A DNA stretch of 63,992 bases, filler included, from Basidiobolus ranarum (lineage: Eukaryota), in NCBI GenBank assembly GCA_040143965.1. It is 4 parts of 4 records of this genome, joined end to end, with 100 filler letters (N's around TTAATTAATTAA, not from the genome) between each part and the next. Parts side by side here need not be neighbours in the genome. Positions count along the whole stretch, not along the records: positions 16,796 to 33,434 come from JASJQH010007211.1; positions 33,535 to 50,149 come from JASJQH010007212.1; 2 more parts are not named here. The stretch is one strand, 5' to 3'. Positions within the stretch are counted from its first letter, which is position 1. Each line of letters starts with the position of its first letter. The notes under the pieces are model-generated. The model was not told the origin of the DNA. It saw only the letters and a program-made list of their open reading frames with translations, and ran no database searches. Made by a program: the position numbers and the translations under genes. This document shows, one piece after another, positions 23,001-36,982 of this stretch.

Positions 23001-26000
23001 CCATGGAAGATCGTGGAGAATGGCAAAATTACACAGGTTTCTTGTGTGCATTGGGCGGTGTATGTCTCAAAAGTCATTCAGCGAAAAGAAATGAACATGA
23101 TGCTTCCGTCTTTCCTTCTCCTAATGTACTAAGTCGGTCCAGCAGCGAGACCCGTAGAATGCTCGAAGCTGGTAAAATGATCAATCGGTTTATCCAAGAA
23201 ATGGTAGAATGGTTAGTTTGCGACAATGTGATTGTTCGTGAAGGTATAAAGGAGATTCTTGGAGCGGAATTAAGCCCTGCTCTGCATGGTAATTCTTGAG
23301 ATTTAGCTTTAAATATTTTTAATATCGTTTACTCATTTACTTCAATTCTCTAGCTATACTCTTTAAACAACTGGAGAATATTGTCGTTCGTTTCTTCGAT
23401 TCGGAGGGCGAGGCAATTTGCAAGGATACGTATACTCTATTTGTTGAACAGGCCATCTCAGTGGTCAGACTTATTTTGGATCGCTTACAAGTGAGTTGTT
23501 TTCAGAAGCAATCAAGAATGTTGAAGTAGTGACTGAGATTTTCACTTGTCGATTATATAGGAACCATCAGAGCAATTCTATTCGGTGGATATCGGTAATC
23601 TCATACTATCATTTGCTCGTTACCTGAACCGTTTGGGCTTCGGCCATGTTGCACTAAGAATCAAGATCAAGATGTGCCAAATGTGCGAGGTGTTGATGAG
23701 CAAGAAGGATTACATCAGTCTACGACAGGAAATTAAATTCCGTAATAGAATGCTGGAGACTGTAGTGGAGTGGACATCGGACTATTCAGTGGTAAATAAG
23801 CGCTTGTTTGCTTCTACGTCTATCCAAACATGTTTTTAATCCATTCTTTCTCCATAGAAGTCAAATGATAATCAAATGACGTTGGAGGAACAAATCGTCT
23901 TCCACAAGAACGAAAAACTCCATAGAGACTTAGATCAAGCCTGTATGAAAACCATAGTAGTACTTTTGTTTCAATTGCCATTACAGCCATCAGAGCCGCT
24001 TCAGCATGATGCCGACTTGCGTCAAAGTAAATCGCGACTCTTTTACAAGTATTTTTCATTTTTCATCAAGTTGCTGAATCGTTGTAGAATTCTGGAGGTG
24101 ATCCCAGAAAAGGTATGTTCAGTTTATTTGTATCTCCCACAGCCTCCATGAACTCACCCTTTCAAATCCTTTGTAGGCCATTGATAATGGGAGAGCGAAG
24201 AACAATCCAGATTTGCAGTCTTTGCTATCAAAAGTAAGTCTCACTTGCCTACTTGCGTAGAAGAAACCTTCAATCTAACGATATGCTTTGTTTAGTCAAA
24301 GGAGTATTGCAAAGACCTCGGTCCACTCAAAGACTACACCATCTTGGCACTATCGAATTTGTTGAGCGCAAATATTGACTCTGGTTTGAAGTATTCTTTA
24401 TCCATGGGCTACCACGATGATCCTAAGACTCGTACTGCTTTTATGCAAGTGCTAACAAACATTCTGAATCAGGGAACTGAGTTTGAAGGATTAGCCGAGA
24501 GCTCTATGAATGATCGATATGATAAATTGGTGGAGCTGATTACTGATGAGGATCTTGTCATTGCTCTCTCTCTGTGCGAAGTGTGTCCGGTTCCAGATAT
24601 CGATGAGCTTGCTTCTGTGCTACTAGCCATCTTTGATACCCGCGGAAATACCATGAAGTTAATGAAGGCTGTAATCGAGAGAGAGCTCATGAAGACTGAG
24701 TCTTCTTCAGAGCTTTTCCGTCGTAATTGTATGGCGACTAGACTTTTAGCTGCTTTTGCTAAAATGTACGGTTCGGAGTATCTCAGGTCTACATTGCAAC
24801 CATTACTCCGCGAAATGGTTGCCAGCAATCATCTTGCATTTGAGCTAGATCCTACAAAAATGTCAACAAGTAGTGATCCTACTAGAAATTTGACCAACCT
24901 CAAGCACATGTCACAGGCATTCTTGGATGTAATCGTTGCTTCAGCACCAAAGGTTCCTAGGGCCTTCCGTGAAATCTGTCATTTTCTATCTAGCATCGTC
25001 GGAGAAAGATTCCCCGAGGCTAAATCGGCCGCAGTTGGAGGTTTTATATTTCTTCGGTTCTTTTGTCCAGCTATCGTAGCGCCGGAAACTCATAACTTGG
25101 TGCCGGCATTTGACAACAAAGAGATTAGACGTGGATTGCTATTGATCACCAAAGTGATTCAGAACTTGGCTAATAACGTCTTGTTTGGTACCAAAGAGTC
25201 ATTTATGATTACTTTGAACGACTTCTTGACTTCAAACCTCCCCAAGGTCTCCAACTTTTTGAAAGATATATCGATCGCTCCTTCCGATTCGGATACTGAG
25301 TCTATAGTTACTTCGATCTCACGCCTTGAGGATTCTGACCTTTCTAGGCTGCATCGACACGTTTTTGATAATCTTGAGCGGATTGGACGTGATTTAAGCG
25401 CTCGTAAACAATCGAAACCGTTTTTAACTGCTCCCTCGATAGGCTCTCCCATAGTCAATGGAGCTGTCAGTTCGGATATAGAAAAGTCACAATCGACAAG
25501 CAAGAAAGCACACGAGAAGTTGTCCACCGTGCTTGCTCAATTGGGCCCACCTCCTGATATCCCTAGAGTTGAGCGGTCTGCATTTGACAGTAAGATCGGA
25601 GCATCCAATGAGATGTTCCGAGAGTTTATGCAGAGAAATGGCTATCGTAATACGGAGCCCATCAAATCCAAACGCCTATTCTACGAAGGTGGCTTATCGA
25701 AAGAGAGAAGACCAGTTCTATACTTGATTCTGCGTAGAGTCATCGCAGATGCTATCGATATGGAGTTGTTGATTCTTCATATTTTGCAAACTATGGAGCC
25801 CATAATGGGAAAACCATACGAGCTGTTGGTCGACATCACGCAATTTGGCCATGCGAACGAAATACAAAACCAATGGATCCACCAGTTCTTGCAGATCTTG
25901 CCCTCGGATGCTGTGCAGAACTTGGCTGCGTTGTACATGTATAATGTCAATTCAGCTTTCAAGAAGTTCAGCAAGAAACTAGGTCGTCCATTGACAGCCA

Positions 26001-28984
26001 AGGTTGGCAAAAAAACCATCTTCCCCTCAAACCTTAATGATCTGTATGACTACATTCCTTTGCAAGAGTTGAGGTTGCCTAAGGGGACCATTGCGTTGGA
26101 AACTGACCCTGGACTGATCTTTTCGCCGGTAACCAAGATTCCACATTTCCGACAACCAATGCCCACTATCATCAAGATCACTAATGAAACCGTGCAAGTT
26201 ACTTCGCTGAGAAAGCAAGACATTTTCGGGCTCAATTCCTACTTTAATGATGTTTATCATGTGTCAGATATCGATGATGTTGCTTTGGTAACTACCCGCA
26301 ACGATGAAAACAATCTGGTTATCAAATATGATCGTGGAAACTCTTCGATGACATTCGCAAGTCCCAAGATTGATCTTATCTTCAAGGCTATTAGAAACTC
26401 TAAGGCCAGATTCCAGCTTTCCAAGCCAGTCAATGTATCCGAAAGAATCATTCGCCCTAATGATGTGCCTGGTACTCTTTTGAATATGGCTTTGTTAAAT
26501 AGTGGAAGTGAAGATCCAAATCTTAGGTCGGCTGCATATAACTTACTTTACGCTTTGAGTTTAACGTTCAATTTCAATGTTGGAAACCAATTGCTAAGTG
26601 CCCAAGGGTTATGCATCCCATCGAATAACTCAAGTTTCATCGTCTCGATTTCTGAGATGTTGGCGGCTTCCGAACCACATCTTACACTTGAGTTCTTGAG
26701 TGAATGTTTCGTTGGATTCAACAAATCTACACCTGCTTTGAAGCATCTTTGCTTAGAATACATGGCGCCTTGGCTATCCAATTTGGCAGGGTTCTCCAGG
26801 AATGATGGGGATGACCATCATAATTTAGCAAAGACAAAGGAGATCATTAAAGTATTTATTGATATGACGGTGAAAGAAGTGGAGGTATGTTCGCTAAATC
26901 CATCTACTAACTCTCCATATCTTGGCTCTTACACCTTGTGCTATTTAGATAACCCCGGCAATACAAGCAAAAATATGGCGTACAATTGGTAAAGTCGACG
27001 AGATTATTACCCCCGTTCTAGACGCATTTGTACAATATTCCGTTGAGCACGGAATGGGCTCACCACAGGCTGAACTTATGGCAGAGACAGCGGTTACTTT
27101 GTCATCTGTCAATGTCAGAGGAAAATTGATATCTAGACTTCGAAAGGTAATTGCTGCAAAGCTGAGTGAAACACGTCCGAAGAAAACTCTTAACACATAA
27201 TTCAATTTACTAGGTTATCTCCAGCACCTCCAACAAACCTATGAGAACCTTGACTGACCATTCATCTTGGGTGGAGATTGCTGTCTTAATCCGATTCAAT
27301 CTGATGCTATCCTTCAATAACCGGTTGCACGTTCAACATTATTTGCCCGAGTTGTTCCATATAGTGTCCATGCTTGTTTCGATTGGCCCTCCTATTATTC
27401 GTTCATCCATTCATGGCCTGGTGGTCAACATTGTTCAATCTCTTTGTACCTCACTACCACTTGATGAGTCTAATTTGAAGAAATTGAACCATTTGCTGAG
27501 TGAATTCTCTGAACCCAAGTTTAGATTGTTGTTTGGTTTGAACCGAATGATTGGGAACGCTTTTGCTAGACTACCTGACGCCGTGCCAGATATGCCGGAG
27601 TCGGTCCCTCTCACATCGTTGGAAACCATTGTTCATTCTTTGTTAGAAGTCATTGAACTCGGAGCTGTCACCACCGGTAAGTAGTGTTTTGATGTCGTAC
27701 TTGAACGAATTAATTTCTGATCGTTTGATTACTGTAATAGATGTCTCTAACATATGGAGGGCTAGATGGATGAGTCTAGTAACAAGCACTGCGTTCAACT
27801 TCAATCCAGCTGTTCAGCCTAGAGCGTTTATTGTTCTTGGATGCCTAGCTAAAGATGAAGTGGATGACGATCTTCTGTACCAAATCTTGGTTGCTTTAAG
27901 GGGATCGTTGGCTCTGTTCGACGAGAGTGATTGTAACTTAATCGTCAGCATTGTCATATGCTTAACCAATATTGTGGAGAATCTTCCCCACAATTCCAGA
28001 TACCTCCAGCAAATGTTCTGGCTTGGAACAGCCTTAGTACAAATTGGGCATCTTCCTCTGTTCCACAGTGCGTTGAATTTGATGGAAGTAGTAGTACGCT
28101 CCTTAGATACGAACGGCTTCTTCGCCGACGAAACCCCGGATAGTTTCTTGATGAAGGCACGTGAGCCACTTGAAGACATTGCGGTAGAATTGGACAAAGC
28201 TACGGGCATCCAATTTCGTACGAATTTCTCATTCGCCTTGGCCGCTACCTTACTGAAAGGATTAAAGCAGCCTTCTACGAAGACAGCTACCTCCAATGTG
28301 TTGAAGTCATTCTTGGAGATATTCAACAAAGGCAATACTGATAAGCAACGAGTCAATCCAAATCTACTTGGTTACATCGCACCTTTGTTACCTACCGCTG
28401 CCAAAAACGGGGAGCTTAGAGAGTTGCTTTGGACCGTAGGAATTTATGATTTAGACATCGATAATACTGTTCTCAGTCATACGTATTTCAAACTGCTCGA
28501 TAGATTTGTAATTCCCGATGACACCACTGCTATACTGCTGGTCTCTTTGATGGTAACCATGCTCAACAACGCTGAATACGAAGCGGAATTCCTGTTCCTC
28601 TATAGTTTCCTGGCTGAAGCAGCAATTGCTCTACCAGATGTATTTTCTTTGGTGTATGTATTCTCTCCCTGATCTTGTTTGCTATACAATACTAACCGTT
28701 TTCTGACCTGTCTCGTTACTAGATATGACAATCTCCAATCGAAGATGAATCAGATACTGAACAGTAGTCAAAATGTACCAATAATTGAGGCGGTTCATTC
28801 AATCCTATACACTATGGTTTCACGCCCTAGGGATGCAACTAAAAAGCGCAACCAAAATGCGATTCTATCAGAACTTGGATTCTCTGGTTTGGTGGATTGT
28901 GGGTCTTTCCAAGCCCTTTCAGTTGGTCAAATGATCCGTAATGCAGAATTAGCTAGTTCCATGGTTGAAAAGATAGTCGGCTAA
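20089..28984 (+). CDS. NF1: Neurofibromin / Ira-type Ras GTPase-activating protein, multi-exon
   Basis: LSNLLSANIDSGLKY, RasGAP domain (FRRNCMATRLL, FLRFFCPAIVAP, KVIQNLAN), Sec14-PH-like region, RPNDVPGTLLNMALLN, RWMSLVTSTAF...QPRAF; more than 10 GT-AG introns. Confidence 0.93.
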
Positions 28985-29224
28985 AGGAAAAAGAAACCTA
29001 TCAAATAGCATACACTTCACTTTTCTTCCTTGAATGATTTTCTTCATTTGAAATGTATGAATTGTTTTTCGAACACTTACTTAAAATTCCTTCTTTTAGA
29101 ATTAGAACCAAATAGTAACATATATTCATGATTTCCCAAGGCTACTCACTGTCATCATTGTCACTTCCACTTCCACTATACTTTTTATCATTCTACAGCA
29201 AACATATATATTTTCTGCGTTCAC

Positions 29225-29286
29225 CTTCCCCACTTTGTTTCATTCTTTCTAATTACTTCCCCACTTTGTTTCATTCTTTCTAATTA
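29225..29286. repeat. Direct duplication, 31 bp x 2
   Basis: CTTCCCCACTTTGTTTCATTCTTTCTAATTA twice, downstream of NF1. Confidence 0.85.
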
Positions 29287-29612
29287 ATTTGCTAATCAAT
29301 AATCACATTGAGGAGTATCTCTTTAATACGTATCCATTCGGTTTACCCAATTATATCTGGTCTTGTTCGAGTAGGAATGGCACAGTCATAAGTTTACTAA
29401 GTAGTTGAAATAGAATAATTTTGTATCAAGTAATTGATGTAATATTTGCTGGAATGACAATCAGATCTATCTTGGAAAAGCGATCGTATACACGAACCGT
29501 AACCGTAACCGTAACCAAAATCCAAATCCTTCTCATTTACACAAAAATCCCTAGTTCTGGCTAATATAAAGGGAATATAACCAACTATAGTAAAAGCGTG
29601 TTACAAGAGTAA

Positions 29613-31100
29613 CTAATAGAGGGCCTTAAAGTTCATCGTAAGATCTCGAACCTCCATAAGGCTTGAACCTGGCATGCTTTTTAGCCTATCAAAGTGTATA
29701 CTATCCGTTGGCAACGTCCACGAGAATTTTCGCAACAACATACTCAACACTATTCTCTGTTCAATAAGAGAGAAATTCATGCCGATACAACGGCGACTAC
29801 CACCACCAAATGGCATCCAAGAAAACAGGTCTTGATTAACTTTATCATCCAGAAATCGTTCAGGCATAAAGCGATATGGATTCTCCCATAAGTTGGGATT
29901 GTGATGCATGGAGTAGATATGGACATTCGTGGTCGTTCCAACCGGAATTAAAAACTCTCCAAATTGAATAGGCTCTATAGTACGGCGGGGGGCGATCAAT
30001 GCGGCTGATGGGTGCAGTCTCATAGCCTCTTTCATTACTGCAGTGATGAAGGGAAGAGAGCTTTGTTGTTGCTCAAAAGTGGGACACATATTCTCTGCTT
30101 TATCTCCCAGTAATCTGTTGATCTCATCTCGGGCTTGTTCCTGATATTCAGGGTAAATACTCAAGTAATAAATAGCTGACGATAGAGCATTGGCAGTAGT
30201 GTCATGCCCGGCAAACAAAAACATAACGACATTATTGCGAATTTCTTCTAGAGTGAGTTTTTCTTTCTCCATCTCGCTAGCTTGAATCATAAGTGTCACC
30301 AAATCAGCACTTTGAAGGTCTTTAACACTTCCTTCTCGAACCTTCGCCACCTTACTCTTAATAATACTCATAACAAGCTGGTTGAATTTTTCGAGCTCAG
30401 TTTGATATTCACGACGACCAACTAAAGGAACATTTTCCAAGAATGGAAACATGGAATAAAATGGGTCACTAATTCGGGTAGCGAGAGTGCTGTAGAGCTC
30501 TACAATTTCTCCACCTTGATTTTCGATAGAGTTGAAATCATGATCAAAGATGACTTTTCCAAGGGCATCCAAGGTCATTCGCTGCATCAGTTCCTTAACG
30601 GCAACATGCGTACTCTGCTTGTCGATGTGAGTAATCAGTCTGGCCACAAGTTCACCAAAGGCAGTGGTGGTCCAGGTACGATGAAATATGGGGTTAACAA
30701 CGCGGCGATGCTTTTTCCATTCATCACCATTCGATGTGACTATATTTACGCCAGAGAACTTGGCCCACAGCGTGTTTGGCTGCTCTTGACTTAATATGAT
30801 TTTTGGAAAGATATTGGCCTTCATTAATATGGCTTTTGCATAGTCTGCATTGGAAACTATCACCATCCATTTCCCGAATTCGAATTGTCTAGCCACTCCT
30901 TTCTCTGTGATCACTGGCATAACAAGTTTGTCAAAGCACTCTGCCGCATCCATAGCTTGGACCGATGCCCATAAACTCTTCCACAGGGATACAGCTGGGA
31001 TGTGCTCAAGCTCTTTGGGACATTTCACTTTGGAGTACAAATACCATGACGTAGCCACGATCACTGCGGAAATAACTATTGTTATTGACAATATATCCAT
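29613..31100 (-). CDS. Cytochrome P450, intronless
   Basis: N-terminal TM anchor (MDILSITIVISAVIV), WKKHRR, FAGHDTTA, EAMR (ExxR), PERF, heme motif FGGGSRRCIG. Start placed at ATG 31100 rather than the ORF track's upstream alternative codon. Confidence 0.95.
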   Translation of the reverse strand: MDILSITIVISAVIVATSWYLYSKVKCPKELEHIPAVSLWKSLWASVQAMDAAECFDKLVMPVITEKGVARQFEFGKWMVIVSNADYAKAILMKANIFPKIILSQEQPNTLWAKFSGVNIVTSNGDEWKKHRRVVNPIFHRTWTTTAFGELVARLITHIDKQSTHVAVKELMQRMTLDALGKVIFDHDFNSIENQGGEIVELYSTLATRISDPFYSMFPFLENVPLVGRREYQTELEKFNQLVMSIIKSKVAKVREGSVKDLQSADLVTLMIQASEMEKEKLTLEEIRNNVVMFLFAGHDTTANALSSAIYYLSIYPEYQEQARDEINRLLGDKAENMCPTFEQQQSSLPFITAVMKEAMRLHPSAALIAPRRTIEPIQFGEFLIPVGTTTNVHIYSMHHNPNLWENPYRFMPERFLDDKVNQDLFSWMPFGGGSRRCIGMNFSLIEQRIVLSMLLRKFSWTLPTDSIHFDRLKSMPGSSLMEVRDLTMNFKALY

Positions 31101-32772
31101 TATTCTTTGTACTGATAGAATCCGCTTTGTTCTTTGCACTGAAAGAACCCGCTCTAGGAAGTGGTGCCTCGGAGCCCTTTATAAACAAGCGTGCCAAATC
31201 TGCATTTGACCTCCATGAACACTATGCTTCCGTAGCAGCCAAATATCCGTAGCAGTTTCACATATAACAGTATCTTTCACATTTCATTCGGGTGCGTCAT
31301 TTGATGATTCCACGAAGGTTCGTTCTTTATTTCGTTTGTATCCAAGCGCATTATCCAGAAATCAAGTAATCTCTATTCTTACTACTTGTTTACACATGGT
31401 GTCAATACTGTTACAGTCATCACCTTGCCAATGGTGGTTGGGTCAAGCCTGGATTAGTGGTGATGTATGATTAGGCCTAGCCAAGGCAAATCCCTGCGGA
31501 TGAGAGAGAAGCAATCCAATCCTTTGTAAACTTCCAACTCTGCCTTGCGTAATCTATCCATCCTCACATGCTGGTTAAGTAAGAGAGACTGCAGACACCA
31601 TATGGGGTTAATGCTTGAGTATCATATTGTAAGATGTGCTTCATTTTTATCAAAGCAAATGAGTCACAATCATTTTTATTCAGGTGCTGTACACAAGGCT
31701 TCACAACAATCTGCTTCCAGCTGTAATGAGAGTCAATAAATTCAATACATTCTCCTCTTCGACTCCAACAAATGCTCCATTTTAATCAAGCTGAGATAAC
31801 TCCAGAATTTTGTCACTTTTCCACCCAGTACTTACTATGGCAAAGTTGCTATCGAAACTGTACTACTTGAACATATAAGATTTCAAATAAACAATTCTTC
31901 TCATTTCCACTCACCATAATTAACTGATCTATTTAGGTAAACATCTGTCAATTGTTCAGCCAGAACATCCTTTTATTAACTTAAATGCATGTCCCGTGTC
32001 AGTTTCTAGGATTGATGTTAGAGTATATGACACTATATAAGAAATTAAAGATTTGTAATCTGTCCAGGGAATTCCCATATATATATTGACCTGATTACTT
32101 TATAGTCAGAGTGATTGTTAGATTTTGCAATTAAGACCTTAACACTCAGATGCTACTCATTGTCAAAGGGGTTACAATGGCTTTCTTCACATTGCCCAGC
32201 TTCCACAATAGCCCATAAACACAGCAAAATGCATCATTTTCTACTTCACTACAATCTTGGTCTTCTCTATTATACATAAGTTTATCTATCACTGATCCAG
32301 CAGTAATAGTTTTGATGATGTTTCCACACAGAGGTTTTGGGTTGATGCAGTATTTCTCTGCATATACAATCCATAAAAAGCTCCCAGAAAGTAAAGTACA
32401 AATCTACAGTCTCCAAAAACTGTGATGGGTGGAGCAAAGCATGAACCATATATTGACATAGTTTGACTTAATACTTATTGATTATAAAGAATATTCTCTC
32501 AAACTCTGTCAAAAATTGATCACCAAGCTGTTGTATTTGACACAAGTCATCAGCAGCCAATGAATGTCTTGAAAATATGTCAGTAATATCTACACTACTT
32601 CTTCAAAATACATATATCTTATTTCAGATAATGTTAGGCATATCAAAGCAATCTTAGTATTTTTGTTAAATTTGGACTTTCCTTATTTGGTATATCTTCT
32701 TACATTCAATATATATTATCTAAAAATACTTTGTTAAAGTATTTGGGAGCCTGTTGGAAGTGGTTTGGAGGA

Positions 32773-33434
32773 TTAGAGAAATGTGTGGTTTTCACTTGTT
32801 GATTTGTTGAGTTGGAAGTTGAAATTTATAGTTTTGTATAGATGTAAGCAAATTAACATGTCAAAAGTGTTAAGGAAGGTCCCAGGAGCATGTGTGCAAA
32901 GTTTGAGGCTATAGTAATCAGGGCTATTTCTGATCCAATCTGATCTCCTAGTTTGGAATAAAGGTACAACAACTTCTGGCACTGTATTGAGCACTTCAGT
33001 AGGCAGAATTTTGGTTAATGAGTCCATAGGAATGCTATTTTCTTCATTGTTTTGGTTTGAATCAACTTGAATGATTGAATCAGGAGAAAATTGATTTTGT
33101 CATCATCTGAGGCCCTTTTGGGTTAAAATATTACATTTTCATTAAACAAAACATCCCTGGACTTGATTAACTTTGAAATCTTGGTATCATAGAGTCTGTA
33201 GGCCTTAGTCTGAGTACAATAACCCAGAAATATCATTCCCTACTTTTTAGAACAAATTTAGACCAATTTTTGGTTGTAATTTTGAGATAGCAATGCAACC
33301 AAATATCCTCAAATGTTTTACAACAGGTTTAACTCCAAACCAAGCTTGATATGGTGTAGAGTTAGACAGACTTCTAGTAAAACTCCTATTCTTCAGATAT
33401 ATAGCTGTAGCAACAGATTCCACCCAAAAGTTAT
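32773..33434 (-). mobile_element. Degenerate Ty1/copia retrotransposon fragment (integrase C-terminus and SH3-like region)
   Basis: Minus-strand translation FWVESVATAIYLKNRSFTRSLSNSTPYQAWFGVKPVVKHLRIFGCIA ... MIFLGYCTQTKAYRLYD...LIKSRDVLFNE with frameshifts; cut by the contig end. The left boundary is uncertain. Confidence 0.88.
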
Positions 33435-33534
33435 NNNNNNNNNNNNNNNNNNNNNNNNNNNNNNNNNNNNNNNNNNNNTTAATTAATTAANNNNNNNNNN
33501 NNNNNNNNNNNNNNNNNNNNNNNNNNNNNNNNNN
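33435..33534. other. Artificial contig linker
   Basis: N44-TTAATTAATTAA-N44. Confidence 0.97.
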
Positions 33535-36144
33535 AGGTAAATCCTTTACCAGGTGATGATTGTTTAGTGGAGTATCTGATCACATCACTAGCTAGCGAAC
33601 CCATCAATGAATCAGCTATACTTTGGTAAGATGAGGGGTCAAGAGCTCGTTTGAACTCTTTCCGAGATTTACAATTGTTTATCATTATTGGTTTGACAGT
33701 ACTACTGCTGATTTGAGGTGAGGCTTCCTCATCGCCATTATGAACAGCCGTATCAAAGACTTCACCCGAATGACCACCATTACCAGTATCACGGGGGTGG
33801 GTTAGAAATCGAATGGATGATATTTCAGATGGTTCCTTGTCCTTGGAGCCAGGGCGATTCGACTCCTGCACATTCCTGCCCACCGGAGTCGAGTCAATTC
33901 CACTTGGCTTCTCTTCGGAATGAGATACTGGGTGCAGTTGATGGCGACGAGAGGTGAACATTCCGGCTGTGGCAAAACTGCTTGACAACATGTTCTTAGG
34001 GAGACTTCCGAAGGGCTCAGCAACGATGGAGTTCGAATCGTGCGCCTTTCCATAGGTGTAGTCCTCAAAGCTCCTGCGGGGAAAGGTCGAGTCAGTGGTG
34101 GTGTTATTAATTCGAGAATTTCCTTGGACTACGGCTTCGCCAGAATTCTCAGAAATCGTTTCGCGAAGACTTCGAGTTCTAAGAGTTTGTCTTAGCTTCA
34201 GAGTCTTGCGTGAGTCGCTATGAAAAACATCTTCATCATATTTATCAAATGCGTATTCAGTTCTGTTGGCATTCTCTTCGGGGCCGATTTCCCCTTTTTT
34301 TGGAGTTATGTATTTATCATCCAAATACTGGATTGAGATAGGTGCCATTTCGTGTTCCATTACTCCCATCATTTGTAGATTGTACATCTTGCATCTGGGA
34401 ATAAACTTGCCTGATTTCTGGCGATTTTCATCGTTGATACTATAGAAGCTGCAATCAATCCAATGGGGCATAGCGTAATAGGATTCCATCGGGCTATTGA
34501 GGTCAGGATCGTCATAGTACAATGGGTCCCACATATCCAGCTTTTCAGGGTTGTCAGAGACGGGTTTATCAGAGAATTTAGGTTTCCCATAGCCATTCTG
34601 TTCGGCAGCAAGATATTTCTTCTCAACCTTTTGATCAGTAGAAGCTTTGGTCGCGTCTGCGAACTTGGAAACTTCACTTGAATAAAATTTAAAAATTGGG
34701 ACCGTATAAAGTGGATATTTCGACAGACATACGAGATCCAGGCCTATTCCGTTATCTATCATGCGTTCGGTGGTGATGCGAAGGAGCTTTTTGTCGACTT
34801 CAAAGATACCGGTTCCAGGTGTTATAACCACAATCGAGAGGCCGGTGCGAAGAAGATCTCGATCAACGTAGTGTTTGTCAAATGCGTTCAAAGCAAGATT
34901 AATGGCCTCTAGTACATTGCCTTCGTGGGCCATTGAGTTTTCACCGCTCAAGTATGTCGACTTGTTAACGTGAAGCTCCAGAATATCCTTCCGAAAGGTA
35001 ATGAACTCCTTCTTAAGATGGATAATTGCTGTACTCCAGTCACTCCGCGTCTCCCAGTCGGCAACTACTTTGTAGTAATCCTTGTACCATCGATCATCAC
35101 CTGCTTGACGCAGCACGCCATCTTTAGCCAGCTCGTCACTGTACTCGTAAAAAACTCGGGTAAACATGACGATGGATGCTACGTGGTTGGTCCCAAGCTC
35201 TTTCCATCGTTTGAAAAGGTCAGGGAGAAAGTTGTGGGTGGCTTTCTCAAAAAAGAGCATTCCGTCCTCATCGAAATCCCACATCTCGCGGCTCATTTGA
35301 ATGAATATATAATATTTTGCAGATTCAGATCGAAATATCGTACGAGTATTTTCAGTGATGTAGCCACACATAACCTATAAAGTGATAAGAATTCTTCATC
35401 AGTGGCTTCGATATCAAGAGAATAGGATATCCTTGATCTTACAGTGTTTCCGCCAACATAGATTTCTTTGACTTGTACTCTTACGCACCCAGCGAAAGAA
35501 ATTTTCTTTCCGACATGAACACAGGTACCATTTAAGCTCATTTTTAATCGCCACATATCGCTTCGTCCAATATATTGGTCTTTAAAGGTGAATTCAATAT
35601 ATTCAGTAGCAACAGAGGCCGCGTCAACCTAAAAGGATGAACTTGATGAGTGACCTCCATTGTATAAGTCATCTAAGAACTTGTCTATTTACCTTGCGAA
35701 CAATAATATCTTTACGAGCTTGAAGACCAAAAGCAGTGGCAATATGATTGGCAATTGAGATCTAGGGAAATTTGACCGTAGTTAGACCTTATTGAAGCCT
35801 TTGCCTTGTTAGAAACAAGATATGTATTAGGTGTGATGTAGTACTTGTAGTTGAGGCTGCTTTGCTAAAATATCGACGTCTGAAGGTTCAACTTGAAGTA
35901 TTAAAGATTTCTCGTCTGAATCTTCGTTTACTTTAACGTTAATTTCTGTATACCCAGGCTTTGAATTGGAACTAGAGGTTTTTTGGAATGGTGGGTGGAA
36001 TATTTCTAATAAATCGCCCGGTTTTATCCCGGGAAAATAGTCGGGATTTATAACCACATCTTGTTTTGAGAACCGGTCGTCATGAACCCATAGGTTATAG
36101 GTTTTGACCATGGCAGGTGGAGCGTCATTATTATGAGGGGGCAT
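33535..36144 (-). CDS. IML1: GATOR1/SEACIT subunit Iml1/DEPDC5, 3'-truncated by the contig end
   Basis: LWVHDDRFS, FKDQYIGRSDMWRL, FRSESAKYYIFIQMSREMWDFD, GNVLEAINLALN, HYVDRDLLRTG, GIGLDLVCLSKYPL. Confidence 0.93.
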
Positions 36145-36555
36145 CTTGGGTTTTTAGAGAAACCTAGTTAAAAACCAATTGATTAGTACGTCACAGGATT
36201 ATCTCCTTGTGCTTTTCCCACCGAGTAGAGTATTTGACTCCACTTTTTAGCTTTTTAGGACCGAGCAAGTATTGTAATAATTCAGTGGTCAAAATGGTAT
36301 AATGATCACCTTCGATTTATTTAACAAAAATAATAAAGTTTAAGTCATGGAAGGGTGTAATTCTGGATCCCCAATTGCTGTAGAGTTCATAGACAGATTC
36401 AAAAAACCCGGGTAAGTTGTGTCATGAAATTACCAATAGTGCTGAGTAGTGGTTTTTATGGTTTCCTAGATGACATCCCACCCCCGACCGAGTATAAAAT
36501 GGTGGCTTAATGTTGAGAGATCTGTTGCTATTCACAACTTCAGTTGTAATTGAAT

Positions 36556-36982
36556 ATGGTGGTAAGTTGAAAAGGAGATAGGACTTTCTATTCCGCCATT
36601 GGCCACACCCTCAACACAATGCTTCCCTGTTTTGATTGCCTATGCTTACTAATACTCTTAACCACAATGTAGCTTGCTGTCGACCTACTTAACCCTACTT
36701 TTGAACACGAGAGAGGCACTCATAAGCTTAAGAGATTAGTACAAACCCCTAACTCTTACTTCATGGACGTTAAATGTCCAGGTTGCTTCAACATCACTAC
36801 GGTCTTTAGTCATGCACAAACAGTTGTATTGTGTGGCTCCTGCGCTACTGTCCTATGTCAACCTACTGGCGGCCGCGCTCGTTTAACTGAAGGTATTGTT
36901 TACAATGTAAAGTGTTCCTTATCATTCACTAAACAACTTTCTCCATTCTGTAGGTTGCTCCTTCCGTAAAAAGGCAAACTAA
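36556..36982 (+). CDS. RPS27: 40S ribosomal protein S27 (eS27)
   Basis: Exons MV | LAVDLLNP...[41 protein letters not shown]...LTEG | CSFRKKAN. Confidence 0.96.

Noticed and set aside
7518-28356. Many short antisense or overlapping ORFs inside ELP1, RPS5 and NF1
   Set aside because: Shadow frames of real genes with no independent motifs.
29495-29516. (AACCGT)n microsatellite
   Set aside because: Fewer than four full units; an ordinary simple repeat.
20089-36144. NF1-IML1 Ras/TOR signalling cluster (extended to G-alpha and RhoGAP)
   Set aside because: The genes lie on different contigs joined artificially.
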